Shown here: positions 46,915 to 57,408 of the stretch, piece by piece | How positions within the stretch are numbered: position 1 is the stretch's first letter | Layout: every line of letters begins with the position of its first letter | Assembly (NCBI GenBank): GCA_016936235.1 | Contig: JAFGPK010000002.1 | Span: 20,672 to 84,671 of the forward strand | Reading direction: 5' to 3' | Length of the DNA: 64,000 nt | Source: Candidatus Fermentibacteraceae bacterium | GTDB taxonomy: Bacteria > Fermentibacterota > Fermentibacteria > Fermentibacterales > JCC-6 | Translations under genes and position numbers: made by a program | The notes under the pieces: generated by a model | Database searches by the model: none | Seen by the model: the letters and a program-made list of their open reading frames with translations, nothing else | Told to the model about the DNA's origin: nothing

Positions 46915-47091
46915 TCAGCCTGAGAAGAAATCCGGGACACAGGTCAGAAGAACTCCCAGGACCAGCGCCACGATCCCGATCAGGAACATAAGTCCGGTGA
47001 TGACCGGATGCAGCTTCTTCCCCAGCATTACGAAACCTGCAACGGACAGAAAGAACCCCGGAACAAGAAGCGCCAGATAAGCGTAGTTCAA
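46915..47091 (-). CDS. 58-aa two-transmembrane small protein (below the ORF-track cutoff)
   Basis: AGGAG RBS, TTG start, MNYAYLALLVPGFFLSVAGFVMLGKKLHPVITGLMFLIGIVALVLGVLLTCVPDFFSG-stop. Confidence 0.7.
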   Translation of the reverse strand: MNYAYLALLVPGFFLSVAGFVMLGKKLHPVITGLMFLIGIVALVLGVLLTCVPDFFSG

Positions 47092-47155
47092 AAAGCTCTC
47101 CTTCTTCTGTTTGCGTACCCACCGGGAATAATAATGCGGGTGCCGGTCGTCAAGC

Positions 47156-48175
47156 TTATTTCCGCTTCAGACCTGAGAGCTGCTCCCATAACGCCTTCTC
47201 CTCCTGAGAAGGTGATTCCGGCAGCTTCACCTCCACGTGCACCAGCTGGTCCCCCTTCGTCCCCCTGTAGGGAACTCCCTTCCCCGGTATCCGGAGTATG
47301 GTCCCGGGCTGGGTCCCGGGATGGATCCTCAGCATGACCTTGCCGTCGAGAGTCCTTATCTTAAGTTTGCTCCCCAGTACGGCCTGCGGGGCCGATATCG
47401 CAACAGTGCAGTGGATGTTCCTGCCTTCTCTCCTGAAGAAGCTGTCAGGCTTCACCCTAAGTTTGACCATGACCGTACCTCTTGATGGGGTAGCGAGCCT
47501 GAGAACGGTGCCGTCGTCAGAACCGGCAGGCACGTTGAGGTCCACGGTTTCCACAGAAAGGGTCTCTCCGGTGCCCCTGCAGCTGGTGCAGACATTGGAG
47601 AACTTCTGTCCGGAACCCCCGCATGCGGGGCAGGGCATGACCATCTGGCCCTGCTGTATCCTGCCTGTACCGTCGCACTCCGGGCAGGTCTGGCGGCCTG
47701 AACCTCCAGCCCCCATGCATACCGGGCAGGTCGAGGGCACCTGGAGACTTGCCCGCACGAAACCTCCCAGGGCTGCGGTCCTGAAGGGTACGTCCACGGC
47801 GACGGCCGGTCTGGAGGTTCGCCCCCGGCCGAAACCGGAGGTCTCGAAACCGCCCCCCCCCATTCCGCCGCCGAACATGGAGCGGAGTATGTCGGCCAGT
47901 CCGCCTCCACCGAACGGGCCGGCTCCCTCGCCGCCCGTTTCGCCCCAGGAGAAACCGCCGCCTCCCTTGCGCATCTGGTCGTACTGGGCCCGCTTCTCCT
48001 TGCTGCCAAGGATATCGTAGGCCTCTGACACCTCCTTGAAGCGCTCTTCAGCCTTGCTGTCCCCAGGATTGGCGTCGGGATGGTATTTCTTGGCCAGCTT
48101 CCGGTAGGCCTTCTTCAACTCGTCCTGGGAAGCGTTCTCATCCATTCCCAGGACTGAATAGAGGTCTTTGCTCAC
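47156..48175 (-). CDS. dnaJ: Chaperone DnaJ
   Basis: J-domain with HPD, G/F-rich region, four CxxCxGxG repeats, C-terminal TQPG..LRIPGKG. Confidence 0.95.
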   Translation of the reverse strand: MSKDLYSVLGMDENASQDELKKAYRKLAKKYHPDANPGDSKAEERFKEVSEAYDILGSKEKRAQYDQMRKGGGGFSWGETGGEGAGPFGGGGLADILRSMFGGGMGGGGFETSGFGRGRTSRPAVAVDVPFRTAALGGFVRASLQVPSTCPVCMGAGGSGRQTCPECDGTGRIQQGQMVMPCPACGGSGQKFSNVCTSCRGTGETLSVETVDLNVPAGSDDGTVLRLATPSRGTVMVKLRVKPDSFFRREGRNIHCTVAISAPQAVLGSKLKIRTLDGKVMLRIHPGTQPGTILRIPGKGVPYRGTKGDQLVHVEVKLPESPSQEEKALWEQLSGLKRK

Positions 48176-48181
48176 AGGTGG

Positions 48182-48835
48182 CTATTCTCCCCCTTCGGAT
48201 TCCGGTCTCTCTTCCCGATCCCGGGGTCTGGCCTTGCCCACCTTCACCCTTGCGGGGCGAAGGAGGTCGTCGTCGAGCATGTAACCCCGCTGGAATACCT
48301 CAAGTACGGTATCCCTGTCCAGTTCTTCGGTATTCTCGGCAAGCATGGCTTCATGGATGTTGGGATCGAAGGGGTCGTCCCTTTCAACCTCCAGCTCCCT
48401 CAGACCCTCCTGACCGAGTATTCCAACGAGCTGCTCGGAGGTCTTCATCAGACCGTCCGCTATCTCCTCGACGGAATGCCCGCCTTCCTTCACCAGTTTC
48501 TCGGCCCTGTGGTAGTTGTCCAGTACGGCAAGCAGCTCTAATATCAGATCCTTCTTTCCCTGGGAGCAGAGGCGCCTGAAGTCCCTGGCCTGCCGTTTTC
48601 TGTAGTTATCGAACTCCGCCTGCAGCCTCATCAGCCTGTCCCTCAGCTGAAGCTTCTCAGGATCGGGACCTTCCTTGACGGGCTGCTCCTCTGCAGATAC
48701 TTCCTGAAGGCCCTCTTCATGCTCCGGGGCTGATGACTGCTCCCCGCGGTGTTCATCCCTGTCCGATACGGGGATCCTTCTCCTCGAGGAGGTCCCGTTC
48801 TTTCGCCTGGCGGGTGTTCTCCTTGGATCCGCCAT
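48182..48835 (-). CDS. grpE: Nucleotide exchange factor GrpE
   Basis: RLQAEFDNYRKR, LAVLDNYHRA, FDPNIHEAM, VFQRGYML..LLRPARVKV. Confidence 0.95.
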   Translation of the reverse strand: MADPRRTPARRKNGTSSRRRIPVSDRDEHRGEQSSAPEHEEGLQEVSAEEQPVKEGPDPEKLQLRDRLMRLQAEFDNYRKRQARDFRRLCSQGKKDLILELLAVLDNYHRAEKLVKEGGHSVEEIADGLMKTSEQLVGILGQEGLRELEVERDDPFDPNIHEAMLAENTEELDRDTVLEVFQRGYMLDDDLLRPARVKVGKARPRDREERPESEGGE

Positions 48836-50757
48836 CAGTCATCAACTACTTCGTAATCAGCGTCCACGGTCTTGTCGTTGTCACCTTCGTGGCCTGTGCC
48901 GGCGCTGTCGTGGCCGCCGGGTCCGCCGGCCGCTCCAGCTGACTGCTGCTGGGCCTGCTGCTGCTTGTAGAAAGCTTCTCCGAACTGCTTCCAGGTCTCC
49001 TGCAGCTTATCGAACTTTTTCTCCACCTGTTCGTCGTCGTCACCCTGCAGCGCATTCTTCATTTCCGAGACTGCGCCATCAAGCCTTGAGCGGTCATCGG
49101 GAGCCACCTTGTCGCCGTACTCCCTCATCTGCTTCTCTATCTCGAAGACCATGGCGTCCGCATGGTTGCGCTTCTCTATCTTGTCCTTCTTCCTGGCGTC
49201 CTCCTCGGCGTGCACTTCGGCATCGCGAACCATCTTCTCTATCTCGTCCTCTGAAAGACCGCTGGATGCCTCGATGGTTATCTTCTGCTCCTTGCCCGTG
49301 GCCTTGTCCTTTGCCGAAACGTGCAGTATGCCGTTTGCGTCGATGTCGAAGGTCACCTCTATCTGGGGCATGCCTCTTGGAGCCGGCGGGATGCCGTCCA
49401 GAACGAATCTGCCCACCGTCCTGTTGTCAGCCGCCATCTTTCTCTCGCCCTGGAGTACGATTATCTCAACCTGGGGCTGGTTGTCCGCAGCCGTGCTGAA
49501 TATCTGGCTCTTCTTCGTTGGTATGGTGGTGTTCTTCTCGATTATGGACGTTGCCACACCGCCCAGGGTCTCGATACCAAGGGTCAGGGGAGTCACATCC
49601 AGAAGAAGGACATCCTTCACATCGCCCGAAAGCACACCTGCCTGGATGGCGGCGCCCACTGCCACCACCTCGTCGGGATTGACACCCTTGTGAGGTTCCT
49701 TGCCGAATATCTCGATAACCTTCTTCTGCACAAGAGGCATCCTCGTCTGTCCGCCAACCAGGAGGACATCGTCGATGGCGGACGGTTCAATACCGGCATC
49801 CTTCAACGCGGTCCTGCAGGGTGCCACGGTCCTGTCAACAAGTTCATCCACCAGCTGCTCCAGTCTGGATCTGGTCAGTGTCATGTCCAGGTGCTTCGCA
49901 CCGGTCGAGTCAGCCGTAATGAACGGCAGGTTGATGGATGTGCTCTGTGTTGTTGAAAGTTCACATTTCGCGGTCTCCGCGGCCTCTTTCAGCCTCTGGA
50001 GGGCCATGGGGTCCTGGGAGAGGTCTATCCCCTTGGTGTTCTTGAACTCCGTGACCATCCAGTCGATTATCATCTGGTCGAAATCGTCTCCGCCCAGGTG
50101 GGTATCTCCATTGGTGGACTTCACCTCGAAGACTCCGTCGCCTATCTCCAGAATTGATATGTCGAAAGTACCGCCTCCAAGGTCGTACACAGCAATGGTC
50201 CGGTTTGATGATTCCTTGTCCAGACCGTAGGCCAGGGCTGCCGCAGTAGGCTCGTTGACTATCCTCTCCACCACCAGACCCGCGATCTTGCCGGCATCCT
50301 TGGTTGCCTGTCTCTGGCTGTCGTTGAAGTAGGCCGGAACGGTTACCACGGCTTTTTCGATCTTCTCTCCCAGGTAATCTTCCGCCGTCTGCCTCATCTT
50401 CTGCAGTATCATGGCGGATATCTCGGGCGGGGAGTATTTCTTGCCCATTATCTCAACCCAGGCATCTCCGTTCTTGCCCTCGACGACCTTGTACGGCACT
50501 CTCTGTATTTCGTTTGATACTTCGCCGTACTTGCGCCCCATGAACCTCTTGATGGAAAAGACCGTGTTGTTGGGATTCGCTACGGCCTGTCTGTAGGCGA
50601 CTACTCCCACCAGCCTCTCTCCCTTGTCGTTGAAGCCCACCACCGAGGGAGTGGTCCTGTTCCCTTCGGCGTTGGGTATTACGGTGGGCTCACCGCCCTC
50701 CATTACGGCCACGCACGAATTCGTGGTCCCGAGGTCAATACCTATTATCTTTGCCAT
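48835..50757 (-). CDS. dnaK: Chaperone DnaK
   Basis: [56 protein letters not shown]-terminal DADYEVV. Confidence 0.99.
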   Translation of the reverse strand: MAKIIGIDLGTTNSCVAVMEGGEPTVIPNAEGNRTTPSVVGFNDKGERLVGVVAYRQAVANPNNTVFSIKRFMGRKYGEVSNEIQRVPYKVVEGKNGDAWVEIMGKKYSPPEISAMILQKMRQTAEDYLGEKIEKAVVTVPAYFNDSQRQATKDAGKIAGLVVERIVNEPTAAALAYGLDKESSNRTIAVYDLGGGTFDISILEIGDGVFEVKSTNGDTHLGGDDFDQMIIDWMVTEFKNTKGIDLSQDPMALQRLKEAAETAKCELSTTQSTSINLPFITADSTGAKHLDMTLTRSRLEQLVDELVDRTVAPCRTALKDAGIEPSAIDDVLLVGGQTRMPLVQKKVIEIFGKEPHKGVNPDEVVAVGAAIQAGVLSGDVKDVLLLDVTPLTLGIETLGGVATSIIEKNTTIPTKKSQIFSTAADNQPQVEIIVLQGERKMAADNRTVGRFVLDGIPPAPRGMPQIEVTFDIDANGILHVSAKDKATGKEQKITIEASSGLSEDEIEKMVRDAEVHAEEDARKKDKIEKRNHADAMVFEIEKQMREYGDKVAPDDRSRLDGAVSEMKNALQGDDDEQVEKKFDKLQETWKQFGEAFYKQQQAQQQSAGAAGGPGGHDSAGTGHEGDNDKTVDADYEVVDD

Positions 50758-50883
50758 GTTATCCTCTCCCGTTGATTTCGATCCCTTCCGTTCAGGAAGG
50801 AACTGCTCGATCTTCACCCCTTGCGGGGACTTCTATTCTTGTCGAACGTTCAGACCTTTCTTCATGATCCTAGCGTAAGTTTG

Positions 50884-50899
50884 AGCAATCATCATGCCA
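50884..50899 (-). promoter_or_regulatory. Sigma54 (-24/-12) promoter of the dnaK operon
   Basis: Minus strand TGGCATGATGATTGCT matches TGGCAYR-N4-TTGCW with exact GG/GC spacing. Confidence 0.72.
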
Positions 50900-50919
50900 G
50901 AAGCTATGCTATCTGTAAG

Positions 50920-50932
50920 TAATTAATTGATA
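50920..50932 (-). promoter_or_regulatory. IHF binding site candidate
   Basis: Minus strand TATCAATTAATTA equals the consensus WATCAA-N4-TTR, at about -47 to -59 from the predicted sigma54 start site. Confidence 0.6.
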
Positions 50933-51080
50933 ACTTATTATACCGCAAGCGCTGTGATACGTCCCGTGCAGGCGAAGCATGCGGCGTGCTATTGTGGCAC
51001 ATTCCAACCCTTGATGGAAGTTGTATACTATAGGGTTACGGGACACACTCCCGCACGGAAAACAGCAATGGAAGCAGGTA

Positions 51081-53927
51081 ATGGACAGGATCATCGTCAG
51101 GGGGGCCAGGGAGCACAACCTCAAGAACATTACCGTGGAGTTCCCCCGGAACAGACTCGTGGTCCTCACCGGTGTGTCCGGTTCGGGAAAGAGTTCCTTC
51201 GCCTTCGACACACTCTACGCCGAGGGCCAGCGTCGTTATGTGGAATCCCTCTCCGCCTACGCAAGGCAGTTCCTCGGCCAGCTGGAGAAGCCTCTCTATG
51301 AAAGCATCGAGGGCCTGTCACCGGCGATATCCATAGAGCAGAAAACAGTCAGCCACAATCCCAGGTCGACAGTCGGGACCGTTACCGAGATATCCGATTA
51401 CCTCAGAGTCCTCTTCGCCAGAGTGGGCATCCCCCACTGCCCTGCGTGCGGCAGGGAGGTCTCCAGCCAGTCTCCCCAGCAGATGGTGGACAGGCTTCTG
51501 GAGCTCCCAACCGGGACGCGTATTCTGATTACGGCCCCGGTGGTCAGGAACAGGAAGGGAGCGTACGCCGAGCTGTTCCCCGCCCTGAGGAAGAGGGGTT
51601 ACGTGAGAGTGATGGTGGATGGCGAGGTCAGGGGACTGGACGAAACCATGAACCTGGACGGAAAGAGGAAGCACACCATACACCTCGTGGTAGACCGCGT
51701 GGTGTTGGAAGACAGCATCAGCAGCAGGCTCATGGACTCCGTCGAGACGGCGCTGTCCGAAGGAGAGGGCATTCTGTCCGTCATAGACGCAGACTCCGGG
51801 GAAGAAACCCTGATGAGTGAACACAGCGCCTGCGCCTACTGCGGGATCAGCATGCCGGAACTCACGCCCCAGCTCTTCAGTTTCAACAACCCTATCGGAA
51901 TGTGTTCCGAGTGTTCGGGGCTGGGTTACGAAATGAAGGTCGACCCCCTTCTTGTGGTCCCGAGAAGGGCTATTTCCATCAAGGATGGCGCAGTGGCTCC
52001 GTGGGGAGTCCCCTCGGGCCATGGCAAGAACCTGGTGAGGGCGCTGTCCAGGGAGCTCGATTTCAATCTTGGAGCTCCCTGGCAGAGCCTCCCGGAAGAA
52101 GTGCAGGAAACCATCCTCTACGGCTCCGGCAATCGCAAGATAAGCGTGACATGGTCTTCCAGCAATTCCTCCGGCGTCTGGGAGACCAGCTGGGAGGGCG
52201 TGATACCCAGGATCGAACGCCTATACAGGAGCACCAGCAGCCAGGCTGCCAGAAGGCATTACGAGAGGTTCTTCAACAAATCGCCCTGCTCCGCATGCCA
52301 GGGGACCAGGCTCCGCAGCGAAGCCAGGGCCGTCACAGTCGGGGGCAGCGGCATCCACAGCCTGAACTCCATGACGGTGCAGGACCTGCACGACTTCTTC
52401 AGTGGCCTCTCCCTGGACAGCTGGAGGCAGGAGGTTGCCACGGAACTCCTTCGGGAGATTCGTGGCAGGCTGGAATTCCTGAGGAACGTGGGGCTGCATT
52501 ACCTGACTCTTGACAGGGCATCCCCCAGCCTGTCAGGGGGCGAAGCCCAGAGGATCAGGCTTGCAAGCCAGATCGGCAGCGGTCTTACCGGGGTGCTCTA
52601 CGTGCTGGACGAGCCAACCATAGGACTCCATCAGAGGGACAACAGAAAACTTCTGGATACTCTGAAGGAGCTGAGAGATCTCGGCAATACCGTCCTGGTC
52701 GTAGAGCACGATCACGAGACCATAATGTCCGCTGACCATGTTGTGGATTTCGGCCCGGGGGCAGGTGTGCAGGGGGGCAGCATAGTCGCACAGGGAACCC
52801 CTCAGGAGATCATGTCCACCGAAGGTTCCCTTACGGGGGACTATCTTGCGGGGAGGAGGTTCATCCACCGGACCGTCCCGGCCTCGGGGAAGAGCCACGG
52901 ATACCTCGTCCTGCGCAAGGCCAGCCTTCACAACCTGAGGTGCGTGGACCTGAAGATCCCTCTGGGAAGGTTCGTATGCGTCACCGGCGTATCCGGCTCG
53001 GGGAAGAGTTCCCTGATCAGCCAGACGCTCTACCCCGCCCTCTCGGCTGTCCTGGGCAGTTCCCTCAAGGCAAGGCCCGGTCCATACGGTTCGCTTGAGG
53101 GCGTGAACAGAGTGGACAAGGTCATCAACATCTCCCAGGACCCCATCGGAAAGACGCCAAGGTCCAACCCGGCCACCTATACGAAGGTATTCGATCACAT
53201 AAGGAACCTCTTCGTCGAGACTCCCCAGGCGAAGGTGAGAGGCTACAAACCCGGCAGGTTCAGCTTCAACGTCAAGGGAGGCAGGTGCGAGGAGTGCAAG
53301 GGCGCCGGTGTCAAGAAGATCGAGATGCACTTCCTCTCGGATGTCTTCATAGAGTGCAAGGCCTGCAAGGGCAAGCGGTTCAACCGCGAGACCCTGAAGA
53401 TAACCTATGGAGGTCTCAACATCTCACAGGTCCTGGAACTCACCGTCAACGAGGCCATGACGCACTTCGAGAGGATCCCTTCTATCTACAGGATACTCAA
53501 GGTGCTTGACGACGTGGGTCTGGGATACATCCAGCTGGGTCAGCCTGCAACCACCCTCTCAGGCGGAGAAGCCCAGAGGATAAAGCTGGCCAGGGAGCTG
53601 TCCCGTCCGAGCACATCCCACACGGTCTACATTCTTGACGAACCTACCACAGGGCTTCACTTCCACGATGTCAAGAAGCTCCTGCTGGTGCTCTCGAGAC
53701 TGGTCAAGGCCGGGAACACGGTGATAGTCATCGAACACAACATGGATGTCATCAAGAATGCCGGATGGATAGTGGACCTCGGTCCCGACGGGGGGGACGA
53801 AGGGGGCCTGATAATCGCCACGGGAACTCCTGAACAGCTGGCTGACCAGGAGCATTCACACACCGGTAGGTTCCTCAGGAAGGTTTTCCAGGAGGACTCA
53901 GCGCATTCGGCGGACGATAAGACCTGA
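51081..53927 (+). CDS. uvrA: Excinuclease ABC subunit A
   Basis: [10 protein letters not shown], two GxSGSGKSS Walker A motifs, LSGGEAQRI twice, zinc fingers. Confidence 0.99.
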   Translation: MDRIIVRGAREHNLKNITVEFPRNRLVVLTGVSGSGKSSFAFDTLYAEGQRRYVESLSAYARQFLGQLEKPLYESIEGLSPAISIEQKTVSHNPRSTVGTVTEISDYLRVLFARVGIPHCPACGREVSSQSPQQMVDRLLELPTGTRILITAPVVRNRKGAYAELFPALRKRGYVRVMVDGEVRGLDETMNLDGKRKHTIHLVVDRVVLEDSISSRLMDSVETALSEGEGILSVIDADSGEETLMSEHSACAYCGISMPELTPQLFSFNNPIGMCSECSGLGYEMKVDPLLVVPRRAISIKDGAVAPWGVPSGHGKNLVRALSRELDFNLGAPWQSLPEEVQETILYGSGNRKISVTWSSSNSSGVWETSWEGVIPRIERLYRSTSSQAARRHYERFFNKSPCSACQGTRLRSEARAVTVGGSGIHSLNSMTVQDLHDFFSGLSLDSWRQEVATELLREIRGRLEFLRNVGLHYLTLDRASPSLSGGEAQRIRLASQIGSGLTGVLYVLDEPTIGLHQRDNRKLLDTLKELRDLGNTVLVVEHDHETIMSADHVVDFGPGAGVQGGSIVAQGTPQEIMSTEGSLTGDYLAGRRFIHRTVPASGKSHGYLVLRKASLHNLRCVDLKIPLGRFVCVTGVSGSGKSSLISQTLYPALSAVLGSSLKARPGPYGSLEGVNRVDKVINISQDPIGKTPRSNPATYTKVFDHIRNLFVETPQAKVRGYKPGRFSFNVKGGRCEECKGAGVKKIEMHFLSDVFIECKACKGKRFNRETLKITYGGLNISQVLELTVNEAMTHFERIPSIYRILKVLDDVGLGYIQLGQPATTLSGGEAQRIKLARELSRPSTSHTVYILDEPTTGLHFHDVKKLLLVLSRLVKAGNTVIVIEHNMDVIKNAGWIVDLGPDGGDEGGLIIATGTPEQLADQEHSHTGRFLRKVFQEDSAHSADDKT

Positions 53928-56900
53928 AAGTGCAGCCAGGGCTGCGAAGATGTTCCTTACACTTATGGAGATGACGCCGGAGGATTCCCAGGCGCTTATG
54001 AGACAGCCGCCTCCGGGGAGTCCCGAAGACATTGCATCGTACTTCCCCAGGAGCGACAAATGGATACTCACGCCATCCTCCTTTACGGCGCCGATCTCCG
54101 CGGATATGCTCCTCAGGAACCTGCTGCCGACAAAGGCGCTGCTTCCTCTGCCGTCCTCTATGTAGACCAGTTCACTTCCAAGTGCATCCCTCAGCTTCTC
54201 CGAGATCAGTTCCAGGGTTGGTTCACTGATGGAAAGCAGTTCCATTACGGAGGAGTACACAGAGTGGTCCCAGCCCGGGTCGCCGGTATTGAACATCCTG
54301 AATCCCCCGGGATCGGCGGCTGTCATGCCCTCCGACCATGGAAGGACCCTGTTCCCTCCTCTTGCCTTGACGTTCTCCATAGCTTCTGAAGCGCGGCAAA
54401 GAACCAGATCATGCGCTTCCATGGATGATCCCGCTGTCGAGGCTCCTACGCTGACGGTGACCGGTATCCTGTCCGGGCGGATGTCCACACCGGCCACCGC
54501 TCCGCAGATCCGTTCGGCCACCAAACGGGCTTCCTCCTCCGATGTATCAGGCAGTATCACACCGAAGAGGTCTCCCCTCAGCCTCCCTATGAGGTCATTG
54601 GGCCGAAGCACGCTCCTCACGGTGGAGACCAGGGCCTTCAGGGCGCTGTCGCCGACCCTGTAACCGAACAGGTGATTTATCTGCTTCATCCCGTCCACTC
54701 CCATCAAGAGGACGGAAATGGCCTGCTTCTCAGCCCGGCCGGCCATTATCTCCTCAAGCCTGCTGGTCCATGAGTAGCCGATCACCGCTCCTGTAAGCCT
54801 GTCCATGTACGCCATGGATTCCCGGCTCCTCAGGCTCAGCGCCGCTCCCACCTGTCCGCAGAGGCTGTCTATGAGGTAACCGGGTATCTCCGACTCCTCC
54901 GAGAATGGCAGGTCGACTTCAGCCAGAAGGTAGTTGTCGGAGGCCTTGCGATCGGGAAGCATCGTCCTTTTCTGAGTACTCCCGGCGGAGGAGCTCTTCA
55001 GGGTGATCACCAGACATCTCCTGCTGCCGAAAGGAGTCACCTGGAAACTGTCTATCCAGACCTTGCCGGAGGGTCTTTCCAGTATCGCATCCTGTATCTC
55101 CGTCGCTGGAAGTCTCCATTTGCCGATTCCGTAACCCTCGATGATCTCTATCTCCCCTGCGCACTGCCGGAGGGCCAGGACACGGTTCGCGCCCAGCAGT
55201 CTTCCCATTATCTCAAGGCTGGCGCTTATCTCGGACCTTCCGGATATCCGGGAGGCAATGCCGCCTATTTCGAAAATCCTTTCCGACATACCCGACGCGG
55301 TTTCGACACCCAGTTCGTCCCTCAGCTCGACCAGTGTGGAGTTCTCATCCAGGCCAGCCATCTTATGCAGCTTCATAATCCTGGCTTCCGCGCCGCTCCT
55401 CTCCTCGAATACCCCGGAAAAGTCCTGGGGGAGCTGCTTCAGAATGAACCGGTCCAGTTCAGCCAGTAGAAGAAGGAGACCTGCGGTCTCCCGTTTGTCC
55501 CTTTCCAGTTCAAGACACAGCCTGCATCGGAGAAGCAGCCAGACAAAAAGCAGCCGGTCCAGCTGCCGTGCCATTATCTGTGCGGACTGGAAGAAATCAT
55601 CGGAATAGCGGTCCCGGGAGGAGAGAATGCCGCTCACGCAGAGCTTCCAGGAAATGAAGGGATCCTCTGAGGAACTGCCGAAGGATGAATCCAGAGCCGA
55701 GGCGATTACGGAAGCGGCTTTCCGCTTTCCCCTTGCAAATGCCTCCAATGCCAGGATGAGTGCGTAGACCAGTTTTTCACCGCCCTTGGAAGCAGCTAGA
55801 TGTTCGGCCATCACACCCGCTTCGGAGATCGGGTCCCCGCCCTCCGCCAGCCTGCCCAGGAAACCCGAGGTCCCCGGCAGGATCCCTTCCGCCGTTCCGG
55901 TCAGCGGTTCCTTGTCGGTCAGAAAGCTGATGTAGGCCATGCACCATGCGGAGAGGGGTTCCTCTCGGAGCATCTCTGAAGAGCCGGTGATCTCGCCGAA
56001 CTGCCTGGCGGCCGATGCGGCTTCAGCGAACTGGAGTGTCCTCGTGAACATGTCCGTCAGGTGGTCAAGGGCGTATGTACTGTTTGAGAGGTTCCCGCTG
56101 GCGGAGGCTTTCCTTGATATGTTCCGCATGATCGAGATAAGGTTCCGCACCGTGTAGCCCGGACGCTCCTTCATCTCGCTTACAAGGGTACGCAGTATCT
56201 CCATCACCGTGAGCTGATTATTTACGCTCTCAGCCAGCATCAGGGCCCTCTGGAGCATGGACATCGCAGCCTTCCTCCGTCCTGAGGCAATGTAGACCCT
56301 TGCCCGGGACCACTCGACCGCAAGCTGTGCGGGAAGCGATAGGGAGGGAATGCCTGACATGGCCGAAAGGATGGTCCTTTCCGCAAGGGTGTTCATCCTG
56401 AGCCCGGACTGGGCCAGGGCTGCGGCAGCCCTGATCCTGGCCTCAAGCTCCGGGTCACCGATGCTGCAGACCCAGTCCAGAACCTTCTCCAGCTCCCCGG
56501 ACAGTTCAGTCATCGCCTTGTAATCCCGCGTAAGCTCGCCAAGACTCTCCAGGATAGCTGGAATGTGCTCTCCAAGACCGCTTTCCAGGCTGAGCTGAAG
56601 AGCCTTCCTGAGATGCTCTTCCGCGGAGGACGACCTGTTCTGAAGAAGCTGCAGTTCTCCTAGCCTTGTCAGGGCCAGGATCCTGCCGGTCGTACTCCTC
56701 AGGACCGGCAGGTTGTCCAGAACGAAGCTCTCCGCCCTTTCGATACTGTAACCCCTGAGCCGGCGGGGTTCGAACATGGTGAGCAGTTCCACCGTCTCCC
56801 CCTCGCCCAGCTCTTTCCGGTCCATTATCTCCATGATGTAACCCGCCAGGAGGCTGAACTCCCCGTACTCCCCGGCTTTACGCGCAGCCGACAGGAGAAG

Positions 56901-57287
56901 GACGGGCCTGTTCCTCGCGGGGAGCTTTTCCCATCGGATGACCGTCATCAGCTCAGACAGTGTGACACCGGGGGAGAGGAGCGCGTATTCCGCCAGTCTT
57001 CCCATCCATTCCCCCGCCCCGGCTTCATCCGGCGCGGGCGCGTGTTCAGCTGCTGATGTCCAACCGCTGTGATGAGCTTCCTTGCGGGTCCGGACCTGTT
57101 CCTTACCCCTGAGCCTTTCCAGGGAGGACTCCACCTCTTCGGTGGGAACATCCAGGACAAAGGCGATCGCACCGGTGCTCAGGGTACTGCCGATCCCGGA
57201 AAGGAGGGAAACGATCCTCGGATCCAGGCCATCCTCTTTTCCTGGGACTGGGTTTTTGCTGTGCATGGGTCTCCATTCCGGTTGCAA
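53898..57287 (-). CDS. Large helical-repeat/GAF-like protein with degenerate GGDEF domain
   Basis: GGDEF fold DRLTG..KQINHLFGYRVGD..RPNDLIGRLRGDLF..VTVSVG..KARGGNRV, with the signature changed to RGDLF. Long N-terminal helical region. Confidence 0.8.
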   Translation of the reverse strand: MQPEWRPMHSKNPVPGKEDGLDPRIVSLLSGIGSTLSTGAIAFVLDVPTEEVESSLERLRGKEQVRTRKEAHHSGWTSAAEHAPAPDEAGAGEWMGRLAEYALLSPGVTLSELMTVIRWEKLPARNRPVLLLSAARKAGEYGEFSLLAGYIMEIMDRKELGEGETVELLTMFEPRRLRGYSIERAESFVLDNLPVLRSTTGRILALTRLGELQLLQNRSSSAEEHLRKALQLSLESGLGEHIPAILESLGELTRDYKAMTELSGELEKVLDWVCSIGDPELEARIRAAAALAQSGLRMNTLAERTILSAMSGIPSLSLPAQLAVEWSRARVYIASGRRKAAMSMLQRALMLAESVNNQLTVMEILRTLVSEMKERPGYTVRNLISIMRNISRKASASGNLSNSTYALDHLTDMFTRTLQFAEAASAARQFGEITGSSEMLREEPLSAWCMAYISFLTDKEPLTGTAEGILPGTSGFLGRLAEGGDPISEAGVMAEHLAASKGGEKLVYALILALEAFARGKRKAASVIASALDSSFGSSSEDPFISWKLCVSGILSSRDRYSDDFFQSAQIMARQLDRLLFVWLLLRCRLCLELERDKRETAGLLLLLAELDRFILKQLPQDFSGVFEERSGAEARIMKLHKMAGLDENSTLVELRDELGVETASGMSERIFEIGGIASRISGRSEISASLEIMGRLLGANRVLALRQCAGEIEIIEGYGIGKWRLPATEIQDAILERPSGKVWIDSFQVTPFGSRRCLVITLKSSSAGSTQKRTMLPDRKASDNYLLAEVDLPFSEESEIPGYLIDSLCGQVGAALSLRSRESMAYMDRLTGAVIGYSWTSRLEEIMAGRAEKQAISVLLMGVDGMKQINHLFGYRVGDSALKALVSTVRSVLRPNDLIGRLRGDLFGVILPDTSEEEARLVAERICGAVAGVDIRPDRIPVTVSVGASTAGSSMEAHDLVLCRASEAMENVKARGGNRVLPWSEGMTAADPGGFRMFNTGDPGWDHSVYSSVMELLSISEPTLELISEKLRDALGSELVYIEDGRGSSAFVGSRFLRSISAEIGAVKEDGVSIHLSLLGKYDAMSSGLPGGGCLISAWESSGVISISVRNIFAALAALSGLIVRRMR

Positions 57288-57408
57288 TATTCACTTCCCG
57301 GACCCATGCAACAACCTCCCGACACTTGTGCGGGCGGCCGGCAGGAGTTATTTTTCTGGCTCTCCGCCATTTGCTTGATTATGGCTCATAATAAGAAAGG
57401 AATCTCAA

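Noticed and set aside
46883-47122. 79-aa minus-strand ORF called in the track
   Set aside because: It has no recognisable features and overlaps the TPR gene end. An alternative frame gives a well-formed membrane protein with an SD.
57288-57408. T-box leader before valS (also checked before metG and aspS)
   Set aside because: The intergenic spaces are too short and lack the AGGGTGGNACCGCG T-box motif.
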